Shown here: piece by piece, positions 26,680 to 39,438 of the stretch
Position numbering within the stretch: position 1 is the first letter of the stretch
How the letters are laid out: every line of letters begins with the position of its first letter
Assembly: GCA_015680685.1 (NCBI GenBank)
Contig: MNCI01001040.1
Coordinates: 468,279-532,278, forward strand
DNA from: Gnetum montanum
Taxonomy: Eukaryota > Plantae > Gnetophyta
Length of the DNA: 64,000 bases
Direction: 5' to 3'
The notes under the pieces: model-generated
Seen by the model: the letters and a program-made list of their open reading frames with translations, nothing else
The model's database searches: none
Told to the model about the DNA's origin: nothing
Position numbers and translations under genes: made by a program

Positions 26680-29600
26680 TATAGATACCCATTCCTTTTT
26701 TTAAGAACCGTACATAATACTTTTGTACCGTTCCATCCAACTGTATTTGCTAACTTATTAGGACGTAAAAAGACAATCTATACCTATGAAAACAAGAAAT
26801 AGTTTATTTCAATTTAGAAAATTGGTTTTATAATTTTATGAAAATGGAAATGCATAATTTTATTTCAAAATATTGTTACAAAAGTTTTGCTAAAAAAGAG
26901 ATGTTCTTCATCATTCATTATTCAACAAAATCTACATATACATTCTTATTTTAAAAGATTAATTTACTATCGTATCTAGATCAAGAGGTATTGCAATCCT
27001 TTGGGTCTACACACATGTAATTAAATATCAATATCAAAATGCAATTGCAGAAGACATATAAATAGGCCTTTTGTGTTAAAAATCTTCATCTAACTTTATT
27101 TATGTAGAATTATTTTTCCTTATAGATTATTCTTCTGTGTTCTTGAGAATCTTTTCTTGTATCATTCTTCTAAGTTCCTTGGGTTTTAAATTTAAATCTT
27201 TATTTTGAATATTCCATTTTTGAAGCCATTTCTCCACTTATGAAATATTGTTTTTCTTAAGTGGAATTATAAATGTTGTAGAAAAATGTAATTCAAATCT
27301 AACAAGCATCTTTTGATAATATCTCATTAATTGGATGAGGAGCTATAATTTCTAAAGGAAACATGTTAGCTAATCTAAACATATTTCAAATATCTTTATT
27401 GTGCTACTAATAAAAATTCTTGAACAACATGATAATACATTTGCTTTCGAATATCCTATGACCTAGCAGTCAAACTCTTGATTTGAAAGCTCTAAGTCAT
27501 AAGTGCAATTCTACTAGGGAATGCTAAGTTATAAAGTTCTAATTGGACAAAATAACTCAAGGTGCACCAATATTACAATTATTTTTGAGGCTTGAAAATT
27601 TGCACCTAGCACCCCCAACTCCTCCTCTCGCCCCCCAACCTGAGTACATAGAAAGTATAAAATGGCTCCTAGTCATAACCTGAATGGCCCATCACCATGA
27701 CATATAGTTATGACTTCCTCAAATAGGATAAATCATTGCAATCCAACATGATAGAAATGAATGCATCTATTAATTAATTAATTTGTATGATATCCATGAA
27801 GTTTATATTGTTGCTAATTTTATAGTTTAACACATCCAAGTCATAGAATCATATGGAAACTCATAACCTTTAATGATAATGAAAATCACTAGAATCTACA
27901 TCGACTAAATGGTTTTAGGCTACAAAACCAAGGTAGTGCTCTAATAAAGTCTAGCGATGCTTATGAAAGTGACAACTTAAAACAAACATAAAAGAGAAAG
28001 AAAAGCACACTTACCCAAGGAACAGATGCAAAGAGCACATAGGAAAATCAAAAATATTACAACTTCAAAAAGTGTACTTAAGGAGAGCTCAACCTAGATA
28101 TTTATACTTTTTGTAATGACATAGTTTAAGTTCGTCAATACCTAGGCATCAACGGAGTTTTGTCAATGTACCCTAGTAGTTTTGGGCTACAATTCTAGTG
28201 AAATTCAGTAGAGTAGATTGCACCAGGATGTCAATGCATTGGTGTTGATGCAGGGAATGCATCAATGCCCTTGGGTTAACATGGAAGATGCATTGATACC
28301 CTAGGATCAATGTACCCCTACAACTTACACATCAAATTAATGAACTTGAGAAAAGTTGAGACCAAGGGGACATGTCCCAAGGACTACTAAAAGCCCAAAC
28401 GAAGTCGAAAGCATTTGAAGAAACTCAAGATATGCACACCACTTGGAAAGGTGACATAGAAACAAAGGATGCACATTTAAGAGACACAAATCTTAACCAA
28501 ACATGCTAGAACTATAAACACAAGGTGCTAATGATATTTCTCAACTCCAATGCTTACAATAAACTTAGAAAATACTACTAAGTAACTCATCATTTTTCCA
28601 CAACCGAGTAAAGCTAGTCCCATAATTTTAACAACTTAAAACATAAAATAGGAACTAGACATGTGACAAAGTCAATGTGGAGGATTTACAAATATGCAAA
28701 ATTAATCATGACTATGGTACAATATAAGCTAGCTTAGTGAGGAGAGCTAGGTGGTGCTCACTGAGGGTGAAATTCCCCTGACATGCTTGCTTGATATAGG
28801 AAGAAGCTTGAAGTGCTAGGAACAAACATGTGAAATCTCTGTAGTTATGTCTCAAGATCCATCACCATAGTGGAGCTACCTATTCTACTCCTACATCAAT
28901 CACTAATCATGTAATAGTGCCCTTGTTGATCTTGCATGAAGCTTTTTAGATGGCCTGACACTAGATGTCACAGTAATTAGCATCTCATCCTTTGAATTAG
29001 GTACTATCCCAATGACTTCAAGACATTGTCTTAGATTCACAATCATGATGCTCTTCCAGTTTGCTATTTTAGTTGAAGTGGGATGTCTTCTAACATGGTG
29101 GAGTATGCTTGCCAATTCATAGAGCTCTTTAATTAGCCTTAGTAAGGCAAATAATTTCTACTTATCTCTAGCCATGTTTTTGATTTTCTAAGTCAAGGCT
29201 TTAAATAGGAATTAGTAAATGTTAATGGTGCATCATTCCCTCATCATCACCACAATCTTTAACCCTCAAGTGGATATGTTTGATGGTTTTTGGATGAGCA
29301 TGAAGTTATGGGTCATGATCTTATACATTTTATTCTACATCATAGGAAGCTTGAATATTTTAACATCCTCTTTGGCCACCTTTTGAAGAATTTTAACATG
29401 GAGTTTGGACATCATGTTTTGAGTCTGTAGCCACCAATTTTTTTCTTGCTCATTGGAAATTTTGTAACTCTAACAATTATCCAAGTTGAAATGGAACAAG
29501 AACTCCATCAATGAATGTCATGGTACCATCTTTAGCTAGGTTGAGGTAGAACTCTTGTACCTCATATCAATATTAAGTAAAGGGCTAGGTGATGTATTCA

Positions 29601-32600
29601 TAGAAGCCCATCCTTTCTAGTATCTTTTTAAGTCCAAGTAGATTGACCTCAAGAAATTACTAGTAATTCTTCTCTACCTAGATGGGCTATCATTGTATAT
29701 CATTTGCATTCACATCTGCTTCTACATCATTAGCTTTTAGATCATTGTTTACTAGCTTCTTCGACACTAGTTCAAGAGACCCTTACTAACCATGCACCTA
29801 ACCTAAAGTTCAGGGGTATGTTTGCCTATCTCTAGATCTCTCTCTTAAGGGAGGCTTCTCTAGTGTAAGCTTCAGATTTAGGAATTTTGGTTGTTCATCC
29901 TATTTCTTTGGTATTAGTGGTTCTCTTGTGGGCATAGATTGATGGCTAAGATTTTATAACCTCATCTCAAGTTGATCTACAATATCTCAATAATAATCAC
30001 CTATGCATGGTAAGCTATGAAAATACTAAAAATCAAGTAAGTCTCCTAGGAATTATACTACCATTGCAAAAAATGCACATTATAACACTAATAAGTACAA
30101 CTCTTAAGATCATAAGAGAAACATAATCATAATTATGAAACCAAGATGCACATGGGTAAGGAACAATAAATATATTTTAAATAACTATAAAAATTATAAA
30201 ATACATACTTGAATTGATGGCTCTCTCCCTTGACTAAGTTCCAAAATGCTTGGCTTGAACCACATGGAAAAATGCAAATGGAAGAACAAGGAGAAAATGC
30301 TCACTAAAATTTATAGGAATCCAACTTACAATGAAAATTTAGCAAAGTTTGATTTGGTTGTACCATTGGAAGTCAAATAAAAACAACATAAGCAAAGCAA
30401 AATACATGAGAGAGATGTTTGGACCCATCCCCCTTCTATAGTGGCACATTAATGAACAAGGAAGGGGTGGGGGAGAGGCTTATGTTAACGTGGGAGTGTC
30501 AATGCCCTAATGTTGATACAAGGGATGTGGCAATGTATCCTCGTTAAAAGATTGAAATTTTTAATTATTTTTAATGCATTTTTCTTATCTTTTAGCTGGT
30601 GCCTAAGGTTCAAACAAACACAAAACTTACTTGAAACACCAAGTATCTCAAGGTTCAAACAAATATATAACTCACTTGAAACACCAAGGATCTATTTCAA
30701 TAATCTAGAAAATGAGTAAGATGGTAGAGAAACTACAACTTACCTTGGATGACATTTGAACTTATGGAATTTGAACCATAACATAAAATCTAATCATTCT
30801 CATGATTTGAGGATTAGAAAATAGAGAGGGTTATAAAATTGATAGATAAATATAACACCCAAAGGTCACATGAATAGGCATAAGTGAGGTAAGGTGGAAA
30901 GAGATAATCATGATAAAAGAACTTGTTAAGTTACAACCACATAAGTGGAAGATCAATCAAGTACCTTATGCCATGAAACCACTATCATCTCATCAAAGAT
31001 AAGCTTAAGCTCACTCATCCATAATGCCAAATCACCAAGAATTCACAAGTGGGTCCTTTCCATAGCAAACACCTATCTTTCTTAGCCTTGTGAAACTTGT
31101 TGATGAGATACTTATGGATTCTCAACAGCTAGTAAGACATTAGCATCAAACGCAAGTTTATATCTTAGATGGCCAAATATCATCCTTTGTTTCACCTGAT
31201 TGACTTCCTACCATATATAAAATTATACCAAAATGGAAATAAAGAGATGAAGAATTAATTAATGGATAAAAGAGAGAAGGTAAGAGTGCAACATCATCAA
31301 ATCCCTAGCCAATTATTCAATTAGCTCAAGGGAGCACATGATTATTTCCTACATACCATGAGAGATCCATTGCTATGTTTATTCATCACTACTCATCCAC
31401 ATAATAGGGATATACCTCTAAGTCCTCTTTTCAAGCACAAGGGTGCACACAACCACTACTAGTATTATCTAGCCTTGATTATTCCATGGCCCAATCACTG
31501 GTAAAATTGAACCAAGGTAATGTACCACAAATCATTTAGAATTTGAGATTCTAGTTTGGGTTTCCTTCATCCATGCATGTATGCATAATAGATTCTTTGA
31601 ATTTAAGTTTACTGAAAACCTCTTATTGATCCCTCTACCCATGATAACTCACTCCAATCCCTATGATGATTACAATGCCATGACCAAGCTAATGTAATTT
31701 TCATGATAGATATGATCATGACTTGGATCAAGAATTAAAATCTTAGAGCAAATTGATTTTAGGATTTGGGTGAAAGTAGCATTTTACATTATCAAAGTTC
31801 ACTAAGAGAGAGATTTCTAGGCCTTCATAGTCATGATTAGGGCTGAGGCAAAAGATTATCTTGAATCATAACATTTGAAGATCAAGTGATCTAGGCAACA
31901 GGCTAAACATGAGATAAGCATGTCTAATTGACATCACACATGTTTTGCATGGATATTGGTTCAACCTTTCATCTTGAACTTTATTGAAAAATTATATGAT
32001 CAATTCAAGATGGTAGAAATACCAATTTTTGTGGACTAAAGAGCTTGGAATAATACCACTATTCCCATTACCTCTTCTTCTTCATTTGATTTTTTAATTT
32101 TTTTTCATGAAAAATCATTTCTTATAAGAAAAGAATCTTTTGATATGTGTGTAAGGATTGTGGGAATGATTGATGTGCCAAATCATCACACGAAGTCTTT
32201 GACTTGTATGAATACAAGAATCCACCCCTTCCCACATGACATGTATAGGTTTATGGAAATCATGACTCTTTTCTAACTAAGGTGATCAAGAATGGCAAGC
32301 ACATGCACTTTGATCCAATTACACAACGATTATGCCCATCATAGTTGTCATAAGAACCCTCAATAATACAACCTTTTCTTAGTAGTGATCAAGCACTCAT
32401 CTAAGATTTTAAAGCTCATACCTTAAGGTATGATTCCATCACCTACCCACAATTTTAGTAGTGGTAGCTTCAGCAACTTGTGGTGAAAGTTCCAGCTCCT
32501 TGCTAAATTTGAGCCTAGTTCACTGGCAACAGATAGTAAAAAGGTGGATGGATGAACTCTATTAAGTGGATATTCCATTGATCAAGGCTCCACTTTGAAC

Positions 32601-32999
32601 CTACTTAGAACTCTCACATCATCATCACATATGTAACTCACCCATCCATCATTGGCTTATCAAGTGAGCATTCATAAAAAATATTAATTGATTTTTTCAC
32701 ATACACACAAGAAAAGTACTTAAAGGAAGGAAAAACTTATTGAGAATTAATTGTTAGGCTAAAAAAAATTTAAAATTCCTAACTAAGCATACCAACACAC
32801 CAACATTATTAAAGCACATAAACAAAATAATGAAAAAAAAATTGACATGATGTAGAGGATTCCTCCTTGACAACTAATGCATGTATATCATCTAATAGAC
32901 CCTTGGGTGTAATATACAAGATTGAGAGTTTAGCACTTTTAGAGGTCAAAGATATTCTTTATAATGCCTTAAGTATTACCCATTGATCAGAAAAATTTT

Positions 33000-34160
33000 A
33001 TCTAACTCATCTAAATGGTGTATATGCATGGTGCCAAACTGGTAATTGGTATGAATAAATAAGATCCTTTCCACTGAAATTGAAACTTCTTCAAATGGAC
33101 CAAGTATGATAGATTAAAATACAGGACCTTGTCACCCAGTTTGAAATAAAACTCTCTTGCATGAATATCATGGTAAGTCTTGGTATAAGAATATTTCAAT
33201 TCATTATGCATCAATGTGATTCTACGATTCTCATCAAGAGGGTTGAGGTTAATTAATCTCTCTTTTTATATAGAATCTAAGATCATATCAAAGTAAACCA
33301 CACTACCTAAGGTTTTCATTTCAAAATAAATAGGTAATTATGGAACCTATCAATATATCAACTTAAATGATGTGTACCCAATAAGAATCTCCCATGCTAT
33401 TCAATAGCCCTAAAGAACATCATTAATCTTGTTGGACTAGTCTCTTCTATACATACTAATCATTTTCCTTAGTATTTTTATAATTTCATGGTTAGTAATT
33501 TTTGCTTAGCCATTAGCATACAAGTGATAAAGAAATTTAATTTATGATTAAATTCACAAGATTCTAAAAAATTCTTGAAAATATTACCAATAAAATATGT
33601 AGTATTATTGGAGATCAAGATTTCAGGAACACCAAACTTATGAAGTATATGATTACAAAGCCTTTAATGATAACAACTTCCAAGCACTTCATACAATAGT
33701 AAATGCATATATTAATATATTCTTTACCATTGAAGGTTAGAGTAATGGGACCAATCAAGTCAATCCCCCATACGTCAAAGGGTTGATGTGGTTGGATACA
33801 TTTTTATGGTTCCTTCATATATGAGGAATATCTCCCTCCTACTAATACTTGTTGCAGTAGTGTACAAAGTATTGAGCATTAAGAAACATGGTAAGTCAAA
33901 ATTATCCTATTAGTGGCACCTTTGTCTTAATTCTATTTTTGGCATAGTACCTACCACAAACACCATGGTGTGCAGAAGCTAAGATGGTGTCTTGACTCTG
34001 TTCAAGAACACACCATCTCATGAAACCATCAAGGCACATCTTGTAGAGATGATCTTTAATGACCAAGTAAGGCTTTACTTGATTCTCAAGTCATTAGATT
34101 TTTTTTAATTTAGAAGAAATCCTCTAGGCCATTAGGTAATTAAGAATATATATGTACTAG
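33000..34160 (-). pseudogene. Highly decayed Ty3/gypsy integrase remnant
   Basis: Minus strand reads (W)YIYILNYL near 34150, PFDVWGIDLIGP near 33750-33785, and FKLGDKVL...QWKGSY (GPY/F-like) in 33011-33214. Confidence 0.75.
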
Positions 34161-35000
34161 TGTAGGGATACCTCTTCCAATCCCCTTATTCCTTCCCTAC
34201 ATGTGTGTTTTTGTAGGTTGTAGGCTCTATGAAGACATATTGGAGATTTTGGAGTCATCTTGTCTAAGATCTAGGCTCCTAGGAGAGATGTCTCAAGAGA
34301 TAGAAGACATCTAGGCCAAGTTGAGATCTTGTAGGAGACATCTCAGGAGACAGAAGACATCTAGGCCAAGTTGAGAGCTTGCAAGAGATGTCTGGGAAGT
34401 TTGACAAACATCTCAAATAACATGTCTTAAAATGTGATGAGACACCTTAGAAGTTAGATGAGATGTCTCCCAAATGTGGAGATGTCTCAACTAAGACATC
34501 TCTAGAAGAGCTAAGACATCTTAGCTATAGTGTGAGATGTTTTAGTTAGAAGTGAGACGTCTCATCCAAATGGATACTTTTCTTAGTGAGATGTCCTAGA
34601 AAGGCTAGAAGTAACTTGAATGGGTAGCAAAATTTTCAAAATTACTGTTCCAAGTTTGGAAATAGCTAAGTGAATATGGAAAAAGATGGAAAAATTAGAG
34701 GATCTTCAAGTTGAGCTTGAGGAAGATTTCCTAGGATTTTTATCTTGCTTGGTTAATAAATATGAATTGTGTTTCATGCTTGCACCATATAGAGAGATGT
34801 GAGTAAGATGTCATGAGATATCAAGAGGGCACATGTGAAGAGTGAATAACTATATTTGTAGCTCTTCGTCAATAGAGTGAGTTTTGGTCTAGTGTTTCCT
34901 AAGTCTTATGAGTTAAGATCTCAGTCTCAAGTTGTGGGAGAGAATTTCTATCAATTGTTTCTTGCATTGAAAATAATTATTATGTGGTTGTAGAGCCTCA
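34161..35000 (+). repeat. LTR-like sequence related to the LTRs at 35749 and 38507; right end unresolved
   Basis: Starts TGTAGGGATACCTCTTCCAATCCCCTTATT like the other two copies; contains GAGACATCT/GAGATGTCT sub-repeats; interrupts the integrase remnant. Confidence 0.6.
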
Positions 35001-35748
35001 TTCTTTGCAACATCATTTGAGTATATGAGGTTTGTGTTGGATTTTCTATAGGTTGTTGAGCCTTGTTGTAATCTTTTGTTTGAATAATTGAAGATAGCTA
35101 GTTTTATTATTTTCTAGCAAACTAATTATCTTTTCATAATGTCTAGATTTAGTATTGGAAGATGATTTATCATTAGAGTGAACTTCCTCATGTATTGTGA
35201 TAATTAACTGAATGTGATCATCGCAGCTTCTACTTGTCTAAGTGGAACTATAATATATTAATCCATGAGCTCTAATCAAATGTTGTATTTCCTCAATAGT
35301 GGTAAATTCTATGTGTTGTACATGTATTGGGTTATGAGGTTGACTCATGAGCCTAAATCTAGAAGAGCTTTACATGGCATGTTTCATGTTATCTATAAGT
35401 AGATTAAAGGGGTTCTAAGATCTATTTGCCTCTTGGAAATTACACTTGCTTTAATCTAGTGGCTTACAATTTGAATAATCATAACAATTGTAAGATTTTG
35501 ATTACGTCCTTAAGAAAGAAAGATCTTCTTAAAAAGTCTTGCAGTTAAGAGAACTAGATTGGAAATATTAGGCATAATTTCTTTTACTATTGTAGGTGGA
35601 CTTCTATTCTTATTAGCTTTTTATGGGCTTGTATGAAAGAAAGGACATTTTCTTGATTTTGGCTCACACTTGCTAGTAGTATCGTTCATCTATATGTTTA
35701 TGGTTCTAATTGTGTTCTTTTGTTGAGGTTCTGTTGGTAACTCATTGG

Positions 35749-38700
35749 TGTAGGGACACCTCTTCTGATCCCCTTATTATACCCTACATACTATGTGTCT
35801 TTTGGAGTTGATCTTGTTGGGGATGATTCTTGGATGTTTTGGCATGTTTCAGGGTGTTTTTGACTTACTTTGATGAGTTTAGAAGGTTCCAAGATCTATG
35901 GGGACATGTTGGGAGGCATCTGAAGGCTCCTAACATCAAAATAAGGCCTTTTATTTTTGGCATCTTAAGAAGAGACGTCTTCCCAGAGACATCTTTTCAA
36001 AGATGTCTTCCCTGAAGAGTAGATGTCTATCAAAAATAGTAGACATCTCTTCTAAAAGTAGGGCTTTAACACTAGATATCCCAACAAAGTCAAAGATGAC
36101 CCAAATGCATGGGGAAACTTCTGAAAATGCCTTTCCAATTTGAGAAACAACAAAAGCAAGATGGAAATGATTAAAGAGAAGGTGAGAAAACTTAGAAAAC
36201 ATCTAAAGAAGCTCAAGTTGAGTTGAGGAAAGGTTTCTACAATTCTTATCTTCTAGTTTCTTATAAATATTAATGTAATTCACCATTGTAAGTGTCGTAG
36301 TGCCAAGTGCCACAGTGACAAGAACATTAGTGCAAAGTGTCAAACTACCAAGGGTCAAAGTGCAAACACCAAACATCAAACATCCTAATAGAGGACAAGA
36401 GAGAGAGCTCTTGAGGAAGGAAAGCTTATGCAAGAAGAGAACTTGTGCAAGGAAGTCAAGTGAAAGGCAAGGGAGAGGACTTAAGAGAGGTTAGGAGAAT
36501 CTCTTATAAGTATCATGTCTTGAGCTTGGACTCCATTATGAGTAATTAAAGATTAAGAGAGGACACGTGTGGCCTCTAAGATCCTTTGGAGAGTTGTGAG
36601 TTGACCGTAGCTCCTCATCTTTAATGTGTTTTCTATGTATTTTGAGAATTATCTTAATATAAGAAATATTTCTCTATTTTATTGTGTCATTATTATTTTC
36701 TAAGCTACATCTACTTGGAAGTTGTTGATTGGATCCTATTGGGATCTAATGAGGTGCAACCCCTGCACTAGATTGGTGTTTGAGCTAAAATTTGGAGGTT
36801 TCCACACTTCTATGTTGAATCTTGGTGTTTTCTTTGAATGAACGGAACATTGTTGTGGAGACTTTTGTATTTTCTTTTAGATATCATTCTTGTTGCTTTA
36901 GGTATGGCTCCAAAAAAGAAGACATATCAAGAGCTTGGATAAGAGCTTCAAGAGTTTAAGGACTCCTTTAAATGTAATAAGTTCTTCCCAAAGTAAAGGT
37001 CCACAAGCAGCAAGATTTTGTAGAAACTTCAAAAAGGGAAATGAAGAAATTAAATACTAACATGGAAAATATTTTGAGGAGAATTGATAGAATATCTTGT
37101 AGCCACCTGGAAGGAAAGGAAGATAAAGGGTCTAATGAAGTAGAGATCAATGAGAAAAGGAGTTCTCAAGTACCTCTTATTGAGCGAAGGAGTGCTCAAT
37201 ACTTAATGGTTTCAAGGGAGGGAACCAAGAGCTTCATAGAAGGAACAAAAAGATCTTCAAAGTCCAAGATGATGTATGTTGCTGATCAAGGAGAGTTCCT
37301 ACCTCATGAGTCATGGGAGGTGAAGGATCAAAGCCAAGAGAGTGGAAAAGGTCATGGGACTTCTTCAAGNNNNNNNNNNNNNNNNNNNNNNNNNNNNNNN
37401 NNNNNNNNNNNNNNNNNNNNNNNNNNNNNNNNNNNNNNNNNNNNNNNNNNNNNNNNNNNNNNNNNNNNNNNNNNNNNNNNNNNNNNNNNNNNNNNNNNNN
37501 NNNNNNNNNNNNNNNNNNNNNNNNNNNNNNNNNNNNNNNNNNNNNNNNNNNNNNNNNNNNNNNNNNNNNNNNNNNNNNNNNNNNNNNNNNNNNNNNNNNN
37601 NNNNNNNNNNNNNNNNNNNNNNNNNNNNNNNNNNNNNNNNNNNNNNNNNNNNNNNNNNNNNNNNNNNNNNNNNCAAAGATGGATGGGAGAAGCCATGAAG
37701 AGGTAAGTAAGAGTGAGCTTGACCTTGTTGATGGTAGTAACGTCTCTCATATTGAAGCTAGTGTAAGGATGCTAGTTTTTCACTTTAGCTTGGTAGTGGT
37801 TTATTTAATGGTAATGATGACATCATTATCATTGTGCTAATTGTGATGAGATTGAGAGTCTTGTTGTGAATTTTGATGTCATTGTTAGAGAAATAAATAC
37901 TAATAATGATAATTTGTTTAATGATGATGCATATTGGAATAATCATTATTAGAAGGTCATTATTGATGTAAGTGAAGACATTAATAATGATATGATTTTA
38001 AAAAATTTGGAGATGCTTACTACTGATTATAGCAATTATAAATTATGAAGTGTGTTGATGGACTTGATTGTCTTGGATGTAAAATGGAAGTGCAACATGA
38101 AGGCAATCTACATGATGATGAAGAAAGGAAACTAAGTGGTAGTCTTCCAAACACCAAGAAGAAGGAGGTGAAGAAGAGGAAAAATAAAAGAAGAAAGGAT
38201 GTTTAATTAACAAAGCCTAATCCTTTTTCTTTTTCTTATTCTTTATTTGTTGCAGGTTTGTGTCATCATGAGGATGTAAGGGAAGCATTCCAAGGAGATG
38301 ATAAGATGAAGGAAGCATGGTGGGGCATGAAGACAAGCCTCCATGAGCAAGGGAAGCTCAAAACCAAAACCTCTAATGATATTTATTCCCATGTTTGTAC
38401 TGCATTGAGTCATGATTTTTGTGATTGATTTGAGTCATGGGGGCATGATGCCTTCTAGCTTGTGAAAGGTCATGAAGCATGACATTTTTAAGGGTGGGAG
38501 AGCTAGTGTAGGGACACCTCTTTCGATCCCCTTGTTCTACCCTACATACTATGTGTCTTTTTAAGTTGATTTTTTTGTGGATGATTCTTGGATTTCTTGG
38601 CATGTTTTGGGGTGTGTTTGGCTCCCTTTAATGAGTTTAGGAGGTTCTAGGGTCTATGGGGACTTATTGGAAGGCATTTGGAGGCTCCCAGCATCAAAAG

Positions 38701-39438
38701 AAGCACTTTTATTTTTGGCACCTTCAAAAGAGACGTCTCCCCAGAAAGATAGATGTATTACTAGAGACATCTTCCCTAAAGAGTAAACGTCTACTAAAAA
38801 TAGTAGACATATCTCCCAATAGTAGGGCTTTCACAGTATATGTCCAAGCAAAGCCAAAGATGACCTAGATGCATGGGGAAACTTCTGAAAATTTCATTCC
38901 AATTTAGGAAACATCTAAAGGACCTTAATTTGAGTTGAGGAAAGGATTCTAGGGTTCTTATCCTCTATTTTCTTATAAATATTAATGTAATTCACCATTG
39001 TAAGTGTCACAGTGACAAAAATTATAATGCAAAGTGCTAAATTGCTAAGGGTCAAAGTGTAGATGTTGTAGGTCAACATCCCAATAGAGGACAAGAGAGA
39101 GAGAGCTCTTGAGGGAGGACAGCTTGTGTAAGGAATTTTAGTGAAAGTTAAGGGAGAGCACTTAAGAGAGGTTATGAGAATATTTTATAAGTGTCTTGTC
39201 TTGAGGTTGGGCTCCATTGTGAGCAGTTGAGGATTAAGAGAGGATAAGTATGACCTATAAGATCCTTGTGATTGTTGTGAGTTAAGCTTCGCTCCTCATC
39301 TTTGATGTATTTTCTATGTATTTTGAGAATTATCTTAATATAAGGAAGATTTTCTCTATTTTATTGTGTTATTCTTATTTTCTAAGCTAGATCTACTTGG
39401 AAGTTATTGGGGTCTAATGAGATGCAAGCCCTACACCA
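35749..39438 (+). mobile_element. pol-less (non-autonomous) LTR element: LTRs 35749-36770 and 38507-39438
   Basis: Two colinear ~1-kb repeats starting TGTAGGGACACCTCTT; degenerate Met-type PBS TGGTGTTTGAGC at 36774; PPT AGGGTGGGAGAG at 38491; decayed internal frame starting MAPKKKTYQE (~36904). No TSD found, and an N gap lies inside. Confidence 0.75.
37370..37673. other. Assembly gap (304 N)
   Basis: Run of N. Confidence 1.

Noticed and set aside
26900-33000. Possible genes in the AT-rich stretch upstream of the LEA-like gene
   Set aside because: Only short ORFs with no recognisable motifs; appears to be very old decayed retroelement sequence contiguous with the integrase remnant.
37041-37840. 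Long ORFs in the track
   Set aside because: They are open only because they cross the N gap.
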